Assembly (NCBI RefSeq): GCF_006345805.1
Contig: NC_043010.1
Span: 68,076,001 to 68,140,000, forward strand
Direction of reading: 5' to 3'
Origin: Octopus sinensis
Lineage: Eukaryota
DNA: 64,000 nt
The translations under genes were made by a program, and so were the position numbers. The first letter of the stretch is position 1; each line of letters begins with the position of its first letter. This document shows positions 1-12,667 of the stretch, piece after piece. The notes below the pieces were generated by a model. The model was not told the origin of the DNA and made no database searches. It saw only the letters and a program-made list of their open reading frames with translations.

Positions 1-389
1 CTGGCAATGATCACGCTCAGATGGTGCTCTTCGCACCCTACTAGCACGGGCACAAATGCCAGTAAGGCAATGCTGGTAACAATCACACTTGAATGGTGCC
101 TTTAAATTCTTCATTATTTTCAAAATTAATTGAAACAGAAGCAGTATAATACTTTAACATGAATGATATAACAAAAGGGTTAACCTTGTTTAATCTTTTA
201 GCATTCAACTTATTCTGTCAAGGGTAATGCTCATTTTGAATTAATCATGCATTATCTTGGGACTTTGAGATTTTGATGATGTAGTTGCTCATTTTCAGAA
301 TGATTTTGTAGGGTAAGGGAAAGAGGTCGAATCTGGCCCGTTTGAACATAAAACAGTTAGAATGTTTGGGTTGGATATGGCCTGTTTAA

Positions 390-588
390 CCCTTTCCCTA
401 GTGTATTTATTTTGAGATGCTCTCTGTTTCTTTCAATTACTTTAAATATAACAAAAAATTTAGTAAAATAATTTAGTTATCATTAAGCTAGTGTTAGGAA
501 CATAAAATGTGACTAAGGTTTGGTGGAAGATTTTAATTCAAAACTTATGAAAACAGAGCCGATTTCAGCCGGGTTGGTAACTAAAGGG
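390..588. mobile_element. piggyBac-like MITE (199 bp)
   Basis: TTAA|CCCTTT at 386-395 and AAAGGG|TTAA at 583-592, i.e. CCC/GGG termini with a TTAA duplication. Sits in the right end of another TTAA-type MITE (190-389). Confidence 0.65.
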
Positions 589-1221
589 TTAAATCGTAAA
601 GTGTTAAGGACTTTTGTTTCTCTGCACTAACCATGCACTACTTCAATCTGAACCCACTTTACCAGGGTTATATTCCCTCTTTACTCTCTCCACAAAAAAA
701 AAAAAAAATTCACTTTTCTCAGTCTTGTCCTCTACAATTTTCTTACATGGCCATGTGTTTTTTTCTGTAGGCATCAACCAACATAATATTTCACAAAGAT
801 CATAGACTGTCTTCTTGATCTTCTGACTTTTGAAAAAAAAAAATCAAAAGTGGCAGTGGGAGGATATCTGTCTATGTGCAACTCCAGTTGTGTGTATGTG
901 GGGGTTTATGATTTCTTTTTCTTTTGTTATTCCTGCCTCACGTGCTTCATAATAATCAAAATGCTAACCCAAAATATATCAAATGAGCAAGCAAGTAAAA
1001 ACAAGGCAAACCATGGGATGTTGTTATACACATTGTTCATTCATAAACTGGTCACAAGATGTGAAAGCAGTTTGAGATTTTGTTGCAAATGAGGTTTGTG
1101 ATGTGTAAATGGGTTGATAAACCAAGGCATGAAAAAAAAAGTCCTCAAAACTCCACTGACTGTCATTCATGATTTCAAGAAAGAAAGAAACCAGGAGGAT
1201 ATTATCTTTTTTATCTTTCAC

Positions 1222-1880
1222 CCTGTTCAGTCATTAGACAGAAGCTATGTTGTGTGTGGCACACTCCTGTTAAGGGTTTTGGTCAAACAAATCAACCTTG
1301 GTTTCTTTTGCCAAACTGCTGAGTTACAGAGATGTAAACAAACCAGCACTGGTTGTCAAGTGGTGGCAGCGACATGCACACACTCATGCATGCACTTATG
1401 CACACACTCACTCATGCACACACTCATTCATGCACACAGTCATTCATACACTCACACATGCACACCCTCCCACACACACGTGCACACTCACATACTCATA
1501 CTCACACTATCACTCACGTACACACTCATTCACACACTCATTCACACACTCACTCACGCACACACTCACGTGCACACTCACATACTCATACTCATGCACA
1601 CACTCACACACTCATGCATACACTCACACCCACTCATGCACACTCACACTCCTGCACACAAGTACACACCCACTCACTCACTCACACACACACACACACA
1701 CACACACACATTCACTCACCCTCCCGATGGGCTTCTACACAATTTCTGTCTACCAAATTCAGTGACAGAGCATTGGTCAATCCAGAGCTGTAGTAGACGA
1801 CACTGGTTCAACGTGCCACACTGTGAGACTGGAGACCACATTGTTACAAAGTCAGTCTCTTAACCACATAGTCATGCCTG
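1222..1880 (-). mobile_element. tRNA-derived SINE family A, decayed, central microsatellite expanded into a CA-rich array (1370-1720)
   Basis: Head-side half at 1725-1880 and tail-side half at 1222-1370 match the other family A copies in the window. Confidence 0.7.
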
Positions 1881-1898
1881 TGCCAATAAAATTGAAAC

Positions 1899-1970
1899 TT
1901 CTTTGGTAGGGGATTGAACCCGGGCCTCCTGCATGACAAGTGTGGATACTTACCACTATACCACCAAGGA
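1899..1970 (-). tRNA. tRNA-Asp(GTC)-like gene, probably a pseudogene
   Basis: Minus strand reads TCCTTGG TG GTAT AGTGGTAA GTAT C CACAC TTGTCAT GCAGG AGGC CCGGG TTCAATC CCCTA CCAAAGA A, 72 nt, colinear with metazoan tRNA-Asp. Acceptor stem pairs 6/7 and the D arm is intact, but the anticodon and T stems are broken. TTTT follows on the minus strand at 1888-1891. Confidence 0.75.
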
Positions 1971-3039
1971 ATTAGCATGAATTAAATAATTTACAGAAAT
2001 TTTTCAGCACTTTGTTTTGACGTCCACTTTCCCATGTTTACCTTTGGGTCAGATGGAGTTTGAGGCGGATCTTCTATGGCCAGATGCCCTTCCTGTCACC
2101 ACCCCTTGCCTAATGTCGCCCCATGGCCAGACATGTTTTTGTAGAATATTGGAAATGAACAACGCAGCTTGTATGACAGTGACAATCACTTACAACTGTC
2201 ATGCGATGCTAAACACACACTCACACACACACGCACACACGTTTGTGCGTGCGTGCGTGTGTGTGTATGATGCGATTACATGAATGTATTGTTCATAGGC
2301 CTGCATCCGACTTCAATTTAATTTTTTTCTTTTTTTTATTAACCTGGAAACAGTTCTCACAGCAAGAACTCTATATATTTGCTTATATATTGTAACATAT
2401 TACACACACACACCACACACACACACACGCACACACATACAATGTATATATTTATTCGTGTGTGTGTGTGTGTGTGTGTTCTTGGTAAATGTTACCCAGC
2501 TGCATAAATGGTTGGGTGTGACAAGACATTATGCCTCTGACACATTCATGCTACTCTCTTACGACTACTACTACTACTACAACCACCACTACTACTACTA
2601 TCACCACCACCACTACTACTACTATCACCACCACCACCACCACTACTACTACTACTACTACAACTACTACTACTCATAGCTATTACATCATTCCTTCTTT
2701 AAGCTGTTCTGCAGTTTTGTGCTTGCATGCATCATTATGTGTATCAGTGAGCTCGCACGTTCTTGTGTGTGTGTGTATGCGTGTATGCGTGGTATGTGTA
2801 CTTTTTTGTGCCCCCTTGTTTATATATGTCATTGTGTGTTTGTATGAGCTTTTATATGTGTATCGTGTGTTCATTTGTGTGTGTGCGTGCGTGTGTGTGT
2901 GTGTGAAAACCTTTGTGTATGTATACTTGCGTGTTAATCTTTACATTTGTATATATGCATGTATGTTTGTGTGTGTATGCAAGCCTTATTGTATGAACAT
3001 GCATAGTTACTTTTGTGTGTGTGTGTGTGACCCTTTGTA

Positions 3040-3345
3040 TATGAATATTTCACTTGTGTGTGTGTGTGTGTGAAATATTGCTGTATTCATTTGTGTAGAT
3101 GTGTGTGTATATATATATATATGTGTGTATATTTGTGTGTATATTATGTATGAGTGTGTCTCTATCCATGTTGTATCTCATGTATATAGATTTATGAATA
3201 TTTCAATTGTGTGTGTGAAATATTGCTGTATTCATTTGTGTAGATGTGTGTATATATATATATATATATGTGTATATATTTGTGTGTATATTATGTATGA
3301 GTGTGTCTGTATCCCTGTTGGATCTCATGCATATAGATTTATGAG
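3040..3345. repeat. ~154-bp tandem duplication, TG/TA-rich
   Basis: ATGAATATTTC...GAAATATTGCTGTATTCATTTGTGTAGATG recurs at ~3040 and ~3194. Confidence 0.75.
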
Positions 3346-3479
3346 AGCTTTATGTGTAATGAACAAATATGCAAATATACTAATACACATATAGCTATAC
3401 GCGCTTATAAAATACTAAGAAATGCGCCAACACAATCAAATGTGTACACATTTACTTAAATTAATAATTTGTGACACAT

Positions 3480-4140
3480 ACACACATGGACAGTAAACAT
3501 GCCTACAGACTAACAAATGCACATACACTGACAAACACACACACACTTGCACATTTGCTAACACATACGTGCATACACACATACGTGTGCATACACACAC
3601 ATGCAGATACATTAACACACACACACATACACACACTTGCACATTTGCTAACACATACGTGCATATACACATACGTGTGCATACACACACATGTAGATAC
3701 ATTAACACACACACACATACACACACTAACGCACACTTGCACATTTGTTAACACATACGTGCATACACACATACGTGTGCATACACACACATGTAGATAC
3801 ATTAACACACACACACATACACACACTAACACACACTTGCACATTTGTTAACACATACGTGCATACACACATATGTGTGCATACACACACATGCAGATAC
3901 ATTAACACACACACACATACACACACTAACACACACTTGCACATTTGTTAACACATACGTGCATACACACATACATGTGCATACACACACATGCAAATAC
4001 ATTAACACGCACACACACACACACACTAAAATCACTCATACATACACTTACAAACCCTCACACTAACACGCGTACACACATGCATTTACACACATCCATA
4101 CACACGCGTTCACATGCACACATTCGTATACACTAACATA
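3480..4140. repeat. CA-rich minisatellite, ~105-125 bp units
   Basis: CACACTTGCACATTTG(C/T)TAACACATACGTGCATACAC...GATACATTAAC repeated about 5 times. Confidence 0.85.
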
Positions 4141-6739
4141 CTTGTATACATGCACACACACTGACATCAACAAATACATTCACACACCTACTCTCTCATG
4201 CACAAACACATACGCATACACACGAACATGCACCAACAGCCACACCTCCTTTTGTATGTATGTGTGTATGCATGTATGTGTGTGTGTGTGTATAAGTTAG
4301 AGAGATAAGTTAAAGTGAATTGATAGAATGTGAGAGAGAAAGAGAGAAGTGACTGAAGAGAATCTAAGATTTGTAGAAAAGATAGAGGATGGAGCAGACA
4401 TGCAGAAATCAAGATAACAGAGAGGGAGAGAGAGAGTGTGTGTGTGTGTGTGTGTGTGTGTATTTGTGTTTAGTCTATTTCTTTGCGTACCTGTGCATAC
4501 AAGATATCAGCTGGCAGTGCAGATGTTTACGAAAAATCTGTTGGGGAAAGTTTTGGATTTTTTTTTTTAATTCCTGATATCTTTGATAGTTTGATAAGAA
4601 AGATTACGTATTTCTGAGTTTAACTTTTTAGGTCTGTATATGTTGGAAGTCAATGTTTTTACTCTCTCGGCTACAATCCGACGAGTAGTGGATCACGGTT
4701 TTAGGAGAGATATAGTTGCACTTTGCGCCATAATATATCAGTAAGGGTGATGGTGTTTCTATTGCAGTTTAACCCTAAATGAGCGAGACCTTTCATGATT
4801 GATATACTGTGCTTGAGAAGACCTGTCAAGACAAGTGAGATCATAGTTGTGGCTGACGCTGGTGCTGTGTAGCTGGCACCTGTGCCAGTGGCACGTTAAA
4901 TGCACCCACTACACCCGGTTAATCTTTACTTTGATCTCGAGTGTTCTTTCTTCCAACAGGCAATAATAAACGCGTGTGTGTTTGTGTGTACCTTAATCAA
5001 GAGATGAAAAAACAAAAAACCCTTTCACACCGGGAAGGACTCAATACCTGTGAACTTTCATTCATACACAAAGCATTTATAAACATGGTTTTACAAACCA
5101 TTTTGAAAACTGGTGATGGCTTACGAGTTTCAAAACCTTTATACAGTTGTTGGACACTGTGCATGTGTGTGTGTGTGTATGCATTGATCCTCATCATTTT
5201 ATCTCTGCTTTCCAAGCTAGCATGCATTGGATGGGTTGCCACAGTCGAGGTTAGTCCTTATTGGGAGCCACTACTCTTGCAGACTGTTGCTTGTCTGTAT
5301 CAATTTGGCTTGGTTTCCATGGCTAGATACCTTTCCTGTCTCCAACAACTTTACAGAGTGTACTGGTTGCATTTTCTTGTGGCACCAGCGCTAGGGAGGT
5401 TGTCCTGTTCTTGGCACGGAGACAAGGCTAGAGAATCCTCCCCAACTGGTGCCTTTTCCACTTATGTCAACCTCCTATGTTTATCTTTCCATGGCACCAG
5501 CACAAGAGAGTTTGTTGTGATGGGACTGTATGTGACGGGACTAAAGGGACTTAAACCCTTCTTTTACTCTGCTTATTCACCAGTCACTCTTGAAAGTTTG
5601 TGTTGGGTAACCTTTTGCTGTGGCACCAGCATTGGGGCAGTTTAGGGTTGGCTGTACTGTATGTGTAAATAATACTCTGTTCTTTAAGACGTCCATTCAG
5701 TCAGGGTATTGTGACTAATGAGTGGAGTAGGAAAGACAGATAGAAATAGATGATTGAAGGGTCAGAATGAGTGATAACACACATACACACACACTTGCAC
5801 ATTTGCTAACACATACATGCATACACACATACGTGTACACACACACACATGCAGATCCATTAACACACACACCACACACGCTAAAATCACTATCACACAT
5901 ACACCTACAAACCCTCACACAGACATTAGCACACATACACTTATATGCATTTACACACATCTACATATACACATTCACATGCACATATCGTTATACTTGA
6001 CTGGGTCAAATTCTCTTTTTCTTTCACTCGTATTTGTATGTGTATATTTCTGCATGCATGTGAGTGTTTATGTGTGTTTGCCTGCAATACCAAAAAAATA
6101 CCATTGCCAAAGCAGTCAGCCATGCCATATTGCCAGCGTCGAAACAGCTGTGCTCAATTGTCTCATTCCATTGCTTGTTTTGGGTCCGGTCTGAAGTGGG
6201 GGACATATGCTAAACAATAACTTAACAACAACAAGCAGTAGTTTGTTCTGGTATGTTTGACGTACAGTCTCTGTTCTCTTGTACAGCAGTGTAAAAGAAA
6301 TGAGTTGCAGCTGCATGCATTTACTGCACTGTTGCAATTTAAACGCATCATTAAAAAGGGAAGAAAAGAAAAGGAAAAAGCTCCCGGTCATTTGACATTT
6401 CTATCTCTTGTCTGGTGATGAAATTTTTGAGAAGGATTTTTTTTTTTCTTCTTCGTATTTTCTTTCTCCTGTATCTTTTTTTTCTTCTTACTTATCATCG
6501 CTCCCCTCCATCACCACCAAGTCTCACTGTCATTCTACCCCCACCCCACCCCACCCTGGACCCTTATTTCCATTTCTATTATCAATCTCAACCACCATTT
6601 CTGTCATCAAGATTGTCATTGAGGGCAGGGTGGGGGGAAATCATAGACAAACAAAATTCTTGGGTTGTCATGGCGAAGAAAAGGGGTTAAAAACATGCCC
6701 CCCTTCCCCCCTGGTACCCCCACTACTCTGACATTTTCT

Positions 6740-7500
6740 CTTTTTCTTTGATTCTTTCTCTGATTTTTACTCTCTTTCTTTCTCTCTTTCTCTCTCTCTG
6801 CAACTTTTACTCTCACTTTTCAAATTTTATTTTCTCTCTCTCTCTCTCTCTCCAATTTTTATATTTTCTCCCCAAATTTCAGTCTGTCTCTCTTTCCTTC
6901 TGCTTTCTCTCATCTCTCTCTCTTCTCTCCTCTCTTTCTATTTCTCTCTCCTCACTCTTTCACCCCTCTCTCTCTGCTTCTGTCTATCTGCTGTTTCTCT
7001 CCGTCTGTCTGTCTCTCTTTCTCTTCCTCCTCTTCCCTCTCCCCCTGTCTGTCTTCTCTCCCATTTCCCCTCTCCCCTGTTTCTGTCCCCTCTCCCTTGT
7101 CTCCCCTCCCCGTCTCTCTCCCCTCTCCTCTGTCTCTCCTCTATTTCATTGACTTTCACATCTCTCTCTCTCTCTCCTCTCTTTCTATTTCTCTCTCCTC
7201 ACTCTTTCACCCCTCTCTCTCTGCTTCTGTCTATCTGCTGTTCTCTCCGTCTGTCTGTCTCTCTTTCTCTTCCTCCTCTTCCCTCTCCCCCTGTCTGTCT
7301 TCTCTCCCATTTCCCCTCTCCCCTGTTTCTGTCCCCTCTCCCTTGTCTCCCCTCCCCGTCTCTCTCCCCTCCCCGTCTCTCTCTCCCCTCCCCGTCTCTC
7401 TCCCCTCTCCTCTGTCTCTCCTCTATTTCATTGACTTTCACATCTCTCTCTCTCTCTCTCTTTCTCAATCAACCCTCTTTCAACTCAGTCTCTCTCAATC
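6740..7500. repeat. Polypyrimidine (CT) tract with an internal ~250-bp duplication
   Basis: Almost purely C/T on the + strand. A block ending CTCTATTTCATTGACTTTCACATC occurs at ~6925-7170 and ~7172-7460. Confidence 0.85.
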
Positions 7501-8011
7501 TCATCCTCATCTGGCTTGAGTCATCCTTCTTTGAGCTATTTTCCCTGCTCACATTCAATGTCCAAATTTCTTATTAATACGAGATAGATAGGATGTGGCA
7601 GAAACTCCACTTGTTGCTGCTGTACTGTGTGTGTGTGTGCGTGCGTGCGCACACCTCATGGGTTCTCCTGTTGTAGAGACGAGGTTTCTGCAATCTCTAA
7701 CTGAACAATCAGCACAGCTTATTTGTTTGTGCTGTGTATTAGGTCACACATGCCATCAAACAGACATTCCCTGTACACAGGTGCATGGTGTGCTACATGG
7801 CAGATGTCATAGTGACGGCAGAGCAACATGAGATGAATTTTGTTGAAGAACACCACACACTGCCTGGCCTGGGAATTGAAACCATGATTTTGCAATTGTG
7901 AATGTGATGCCCTAACCACTAGGTCATGCACTTTCATATATGAGTGAGTGAGTGAGTGTGTGTGCATTTATGTGTATACATATCCAGATGTTTTAAACTG
8001 AATTCTTTCTT

Positions 8012-8142
8012 ACATTATTTACATTATTTACAATATTTACATTATTTACATTTGATGGATATTTGTCCTCATCTTGTATGGTGTTGTGGTTAAGAGCATG
8101 GGCTACTAACCCCAAGATTCCAATTTCAATTCCAGGCAGTGA

Positions 8143-8180
<38 letters not shown>

Positions 8181-8382
8181 GTAATAATAATAATAATAAT
8201 GATAATAACATCGAAAAATACCTTAGGAATGAGAACCCAAGTTCGAAATATCCCCAAGCCACCTGATGAAGGCTGGAGGCTATATCAGCCGAAATGTTGT
8301 GTTAACAACAAACAAGATGAGGACAAATATCTGTCAAATGTAAATAATGTACATAATTCCTCATCTCTTAAATATAGAACTG
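8012..8382 (+). mobile_element. tRNA-headed, hammerhead-bearing fold-back retroelement (Penelope-associated type)
   Basis: Inverted copy of the 3' end (8012-8077), tRNA-like head (8078-8148), (TAA)n, then the body with a hammerhead core and an end AAATATAGAACTG(T) shared with the copies ending at 40299 and 62696. Flanked by the 13-bp direct repeat TGAATTCTTTCTT (7999-8011, 8383-8395). Confidence 0.75.
8258..8303 (+). ncRNA. Minimal type I hammerhead ribozyme motif, slightly decayed
   Basis: GCCAC-CUGAUGA-A-GGCUG(10-nt loop)CAGCC-GAAAU-GUU-GUGUU. Stem II is perfect; stem I has one mismatch; GAAAC has become GAAAU at a CpG. Confidence 0.6.
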
Positions 8383-8925
8383 TGAATTCTTTCTTGTGAC
8401 TTGAATTTTACATTACTGTGAGTTTCATTCTCACCTGGAGATCACAATAGCATGAAACTCAAGAGAAAGAATTCACACTCACTGCATTCCCCTCCCTTCC
8501 ATCTTCCACTCTCCTTTCACACTCTCACAAACTTACTTACCTACCCACTCACTCTATTCAATTCTTGTTCCCATTTATATATGCCCCTTTGTAATTTTAG
8601 GGTATACTCTGGCATATCTTATTCAACAGCTTCTCTCCCTCTGCCCCCCACCTCTTCTTTCTTTTTCCAGCTGGGGTAGCCATGTATCTCCTCTACTGCA
8701 AAACACCCTGCTCAGTTGAGTGGGGTCTTGTCTTGCAACTTACTTGTGCTGGTGCCACGTAAAAAGCACCAAGTGCACTCTGTAAAATGGTTGGTCTTTG
8801 GAAGGGCATCCAGCTGTAAAAGCCAAGCCAAAGTGGATAGTTTGGTACAGGCTTCTGGCTTGCCAACACCTGTACAACTGTCCAACTCATACCTGGATGA
8901 AGAATGGGTGTTAAATGATGATGTA

Positions 8926-9158
8926 TTCTTTTATTCTTTTATTTGTTTCAGTCATTTGACTGTGGCCATGCTGGAGCACCGCCTTTAATCGAGCAAATCG
9001 ACCCCAGACTTATTCTTTGTAAACCTAGTACTTATTCTATCGGTCTCTCTTGCCAAACTGCTAAGTGACGGGGACATAAACACACCATTATCGGTTGTCA
9101 AGCTATGTTGGGGCGGGGGTGACAAACATAGACACACAAACATATACATAAATATATG

Positions 9159-9208
<50 letters not shown>

Positions 9209-9356
9209 GGGCTTCTTTCAGTTTCTGTCTATCAAATCCACTCACAAAGCTTTAGTCGGCCTGAGGCTATAGTAGAAGACACTTGCCTAAGGTGCCATGC
9301 AGTGGGACTGAACCCGGAACCATGTGGTTGTTAAGCAAGCTACTTACCACACAGCC
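8926..9356 (-). mobile_element. tRNA-derived SINE family A, near full length
   Basis: A-box-like TGTGGTAAG, B-box-like GGTTCAGTCC, central (CA)n, and a tail ending in AGTAAAAG-like repeats when read on the minus strand. Confidence 0.85.
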
Positions 9357-9661
9357 GTGTATGTTCTTCACACACACACACACACACACACACACTTATA
9401 TGCTTTCTCATATATACACAACCGTGTGTGCATGTGCACATATGTATAAGAGTGTATACATGTGTACAGTTTTTTTTTTGCATAAGAGTGTGTATATGTG
9501 AATGAGTTAAAAGTTGGATGTGTTAGTGAGGGCAGAGATAAGAAAGGGATTATAGCAGATAAGTCAGGGGATAGAAGGTGGTGATGGTTGGGGGTAGGGT
9601 TTATGATGGGGGTAGCTAGAGGGGATAAACATGAGTGTATATAGAAAGTTGTTGAAAGATT

Positions 9662-9692
<31 letters not shown>

Positions 9693-9807
9693 AAACAGAT
9701 AGGTTAGAGAGAGTAAGGCCTGCTGGTAGCTTATAAGATTGCTGAGGATAGCAAGTACTGTGTAAACCGTCTTTTTCTCCTTCTTTTTTCTTTTTCTTTT
9801 TTTTCAG

Positions 9808-9854
9808 TCTATTTCTGTGTTTGCTACTCCCTCGTTGTCAGATACGTGGTGATG
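9808..9854 (+). CDS. Candidate internal exon of an unidentified gene
   Basis: Long polypyrimidine tract plus CAG acceptor and G|GTAAGA donor; two open frames (LFLCLLLPRCQIRGD or YFCVCYSLVVRYVVM). No homology recognised. Confidence 0.3.
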
Positions 9855-10528
9855 GTAAGAGTAGACCACAGAATGGCTAAGCTGGTGGCAGTGGTGCAGG
9901 TGGAGTTACCCAACCTTGGTATGAAGTCTGGCAGTCATCCTAGTTGTAGAAACAGAAGCACAACTGCTACTACTACTACTGCTGCTACTGCTGCTACTAC
10001 TGCTTCTACTAATGATAGTTTTTGCTGCTTTGGATGGAAGTTCTTAGAGCTTTTTCATCTGTATCTTCCTTCAATCAGTCTCTGCAAAAGTTTTGCTTCA
10101 TCTATGTTGTTTTTATCTCATTTTATGATTTTTGAAATCTAAGTTTTGATGAAGCCAAGGTTTTCCTGGTTTTGATGTGGCTTCATCATTTTATGTGACT
10201 GCACATAGATAAGATTGTATATAGTTAAGATTCTCAGTCTCTCTCTCTCTCTCCCTCCCTCTGTCTGTTTGTCTGTCTCTCTTGTGTACATTTGGTAAAT
10301 TATACAGTTGAAACACACTAAGTTTACATTGTGTGTGTGTGTATGTGTGTGTGTATGTATATATATATATAAGCCAGTTCATTATGTATAATTCTAGTAA
10401 GACAAGTTATATGTATATATAACACTTACTTCACACCATCTCCCCCTTCTCTTTGCTTACATACACCATATATATATACACCATATATATATATATATAC
10501 CATATATATATATATACACACACACACA

Positions 10529-10590
<62 letters not shown>

Positions 10591-10747
10591 CACCATACTT
10601 ATATCTATATAAATATACACACCATACTATTTATATATACACACACCACACACACATATATATATATATACACCATACTTATATATATATAAATACACAC
10701 ACCATACTATTTATATTTACACACACCATATATATATATATATATAT

Positions 10748-10794
<47 letters not shown>

Positions 10795-10873
10795 TTATGT
10801 GGTAGTTTCATAGAGTACATGTATCTTTCTGTTTACCTATCTTCATATTAAAATAAGCTTATAACCTGTCCAT

Positions 10874-10904
<31 letters not shown>

Positions 10905-11333
10905 TACATATTGTGTGTCTGTATTATGTATGTCTATTATAAAAAAATAAAAATAAAATGAACTAGAAAAGACATAAAAAAAGACAAAAAAAAAAGAAAG
11001 AATCCCTTCCCCCCCAAAACCAGACAAAAGACCTAACAAAAAAGCCCACAAATTACTCACTCTCTGTTGCGCTTTTAGGAGTTTTCTCTAATTGCTTGCA
11101 GCCCACAGTCAGTATAAAACCTACAGGCCCAGGCTCTCAGTAACTGTGGTGGTGGCGGTGGCAGTGGGAACAGCGGTGGTAGTAGTGGCAGTCAGAGCAG
11201 CAGTGTGGTGGCAATAGTTGTAATAGTAGTAGTAGTAGTGGTGGTGGTGGTGGTAGTATTAATAGTGTTGGTAGTGGTTTATTGTCAGCTGCATTTAGTT
11301 GTGTGTGTCTGTCGTTACTGGCATGCTATATAG

Positions 11334-11425
11334 TCTTTTCCCTGGCCAGCATGGCATCACCGGGGAGCATTATTCACGAGGATATGTCTCTGTTTTACTA
11401 CAGGCAGCTGGCTTCTAACCTTCGG
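11334..11425 (+). CDS. Candidate internal exon
   Basis: Strong CGG|GTAAGT donor and an open frame FSLASMASPGSIIHEDMSLFYYRQLASNLR. Acceptor uncertain (alternatives near 11351 and 11404). Confidence 0.25.
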
Positions 11426-11632
11426 GTAAGTTTTTCGTCTTCGTTCTTGGAGCTCTGGATCTAATTAACACACCCATGAATGAGCACACACGTTTTTTTT
11501 ATTTTTTCTGTCTCTCTCACACATAAATTTGGTTGTAACAAACTGGAGAGAAATTATTCAAATACATGTAGTGGTTTATTTATTACTTTGAAGTAACTAC
11601 TCTGCTTTTCATTTGTGTGTGTTTACACACAC

Positions 11633-11683
<51 letters not shown>

Positions 11684-12133
11684 ATATATATTTGTATATA
11701 TATATACACACACACACATATTTACACATACACACGTGTGTGTGTGGGGGGCTTTCTCACCTAGGCAGTTGGGTGGTGGTATCATTTGAATGCTATAAGA
11801 ACAATGAGGAAGTGCATTGTGGCCACCTGTGGTATAACAACATCTAATAGTTTGGTCAATACAATGGTACACACACACATTATATATATACATATTTATA
11901 TATTCACACACACACACATATAGTAATGTTTATTTTTTGTCAAGTTGTATATGAAAACAATTTATCATTAAACTGAGATGCTCAACATTTTTGTTTTATC
12001 CGAATGCATGTTTATTAAACTTTTACATGAAGAGAGGTGATTGTAACTTTCAATTTCTCACCTGCTGACCTTTGTTGGACAGTCTAACAAAAACTGGCGG
12101 AAACTTTGAAGTTACTATCACCCATCTTCATAT

Positions 12134-12167
<34 letters not shown>

Positions 12168-12526
12168 TATTTTTTTTTTTTTTGTTTTCACTATAATCTT
12201 TCTTTTTCTGGTTCTTAATGAAATTTAAATCCATCTTTTGTATATGTTTTTCTATAAGCAAGTGTCTTTTGCGTCCCTCTCTCTCACCTTGCATCATTTA
12301 CCTACCTGTGGATATTGTTTCTCTCTTCTCAAACTATTTTTGGTTGGGTCTGTTGTAAATGTGTTGAAAGTTAAGTTTCTTCGTGGCGATGGCAATAATA
12401 GAGGTGTTGAAAGAACAGGTGTCTGGATAGTGTTCTGTTTGTTAAGTCTGTTTACAAGTGTGTACGTGGTGTGCGTGCGTATGTAGTACCAGGCCCATAT
12501 TTTCTAATACTATTTCTTTCAACAAG

Positions 12527-12549
12527 TCTTCTGTCTCTACAAATCTCAG
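12527..12549 (+). CDS. Candidate micro-exon (23 nt)
   Basis: TTTCTTTCAACAAG acceptor and AG|GTGAGA donor; phase compatible with neighbouring candidates. Confidence 0.15.
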
Positions 12550-12667
12550 GTGAGATTTCACAATGAACTGTTGCTCTGCATCTGGGACAATGATTCTGTT
12601 ACAAGCGCCTAAGATCAGTGGTCCCCAACCTGTTTTGCACCATGGACTGGTTTCATACACTTTCACC

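Noticed and set aside
1114-1863. 249-aa ORF and overlapping His/Thr-rich ORFs
   Set aside because: Translation of a SINE plus its expanded CA-rich centre; the same applies to the HT/VC/YI/LSV ORFs at 2531, 3436-4136, 18023-18866, 27774-28964, 40455-41001, 42764-43216 and 50691-51465.
4941-5645. 234-aa + strand ORF
   Set aside because: Runs through (TG)n and decayed SINE family B-like sequence; no domain-like content and a non-ATG start.
11061-11120. Minus-strand 60-nt GT-AG candidate exon (FILTVGCKQLEKTPKSATE)
   Set aside because: Weak polypyrimidine tract, no partner exons and no homology.
9808-12549. Alternative splice frame resembling GPCR TM3-TM4 (VRYVVMSFP...WLLTFGLLSL)
   Set aside because: Lacks the D/E of DRY and the TM4 proline, and hits a stop in the next candidate exon; likely coincidence.
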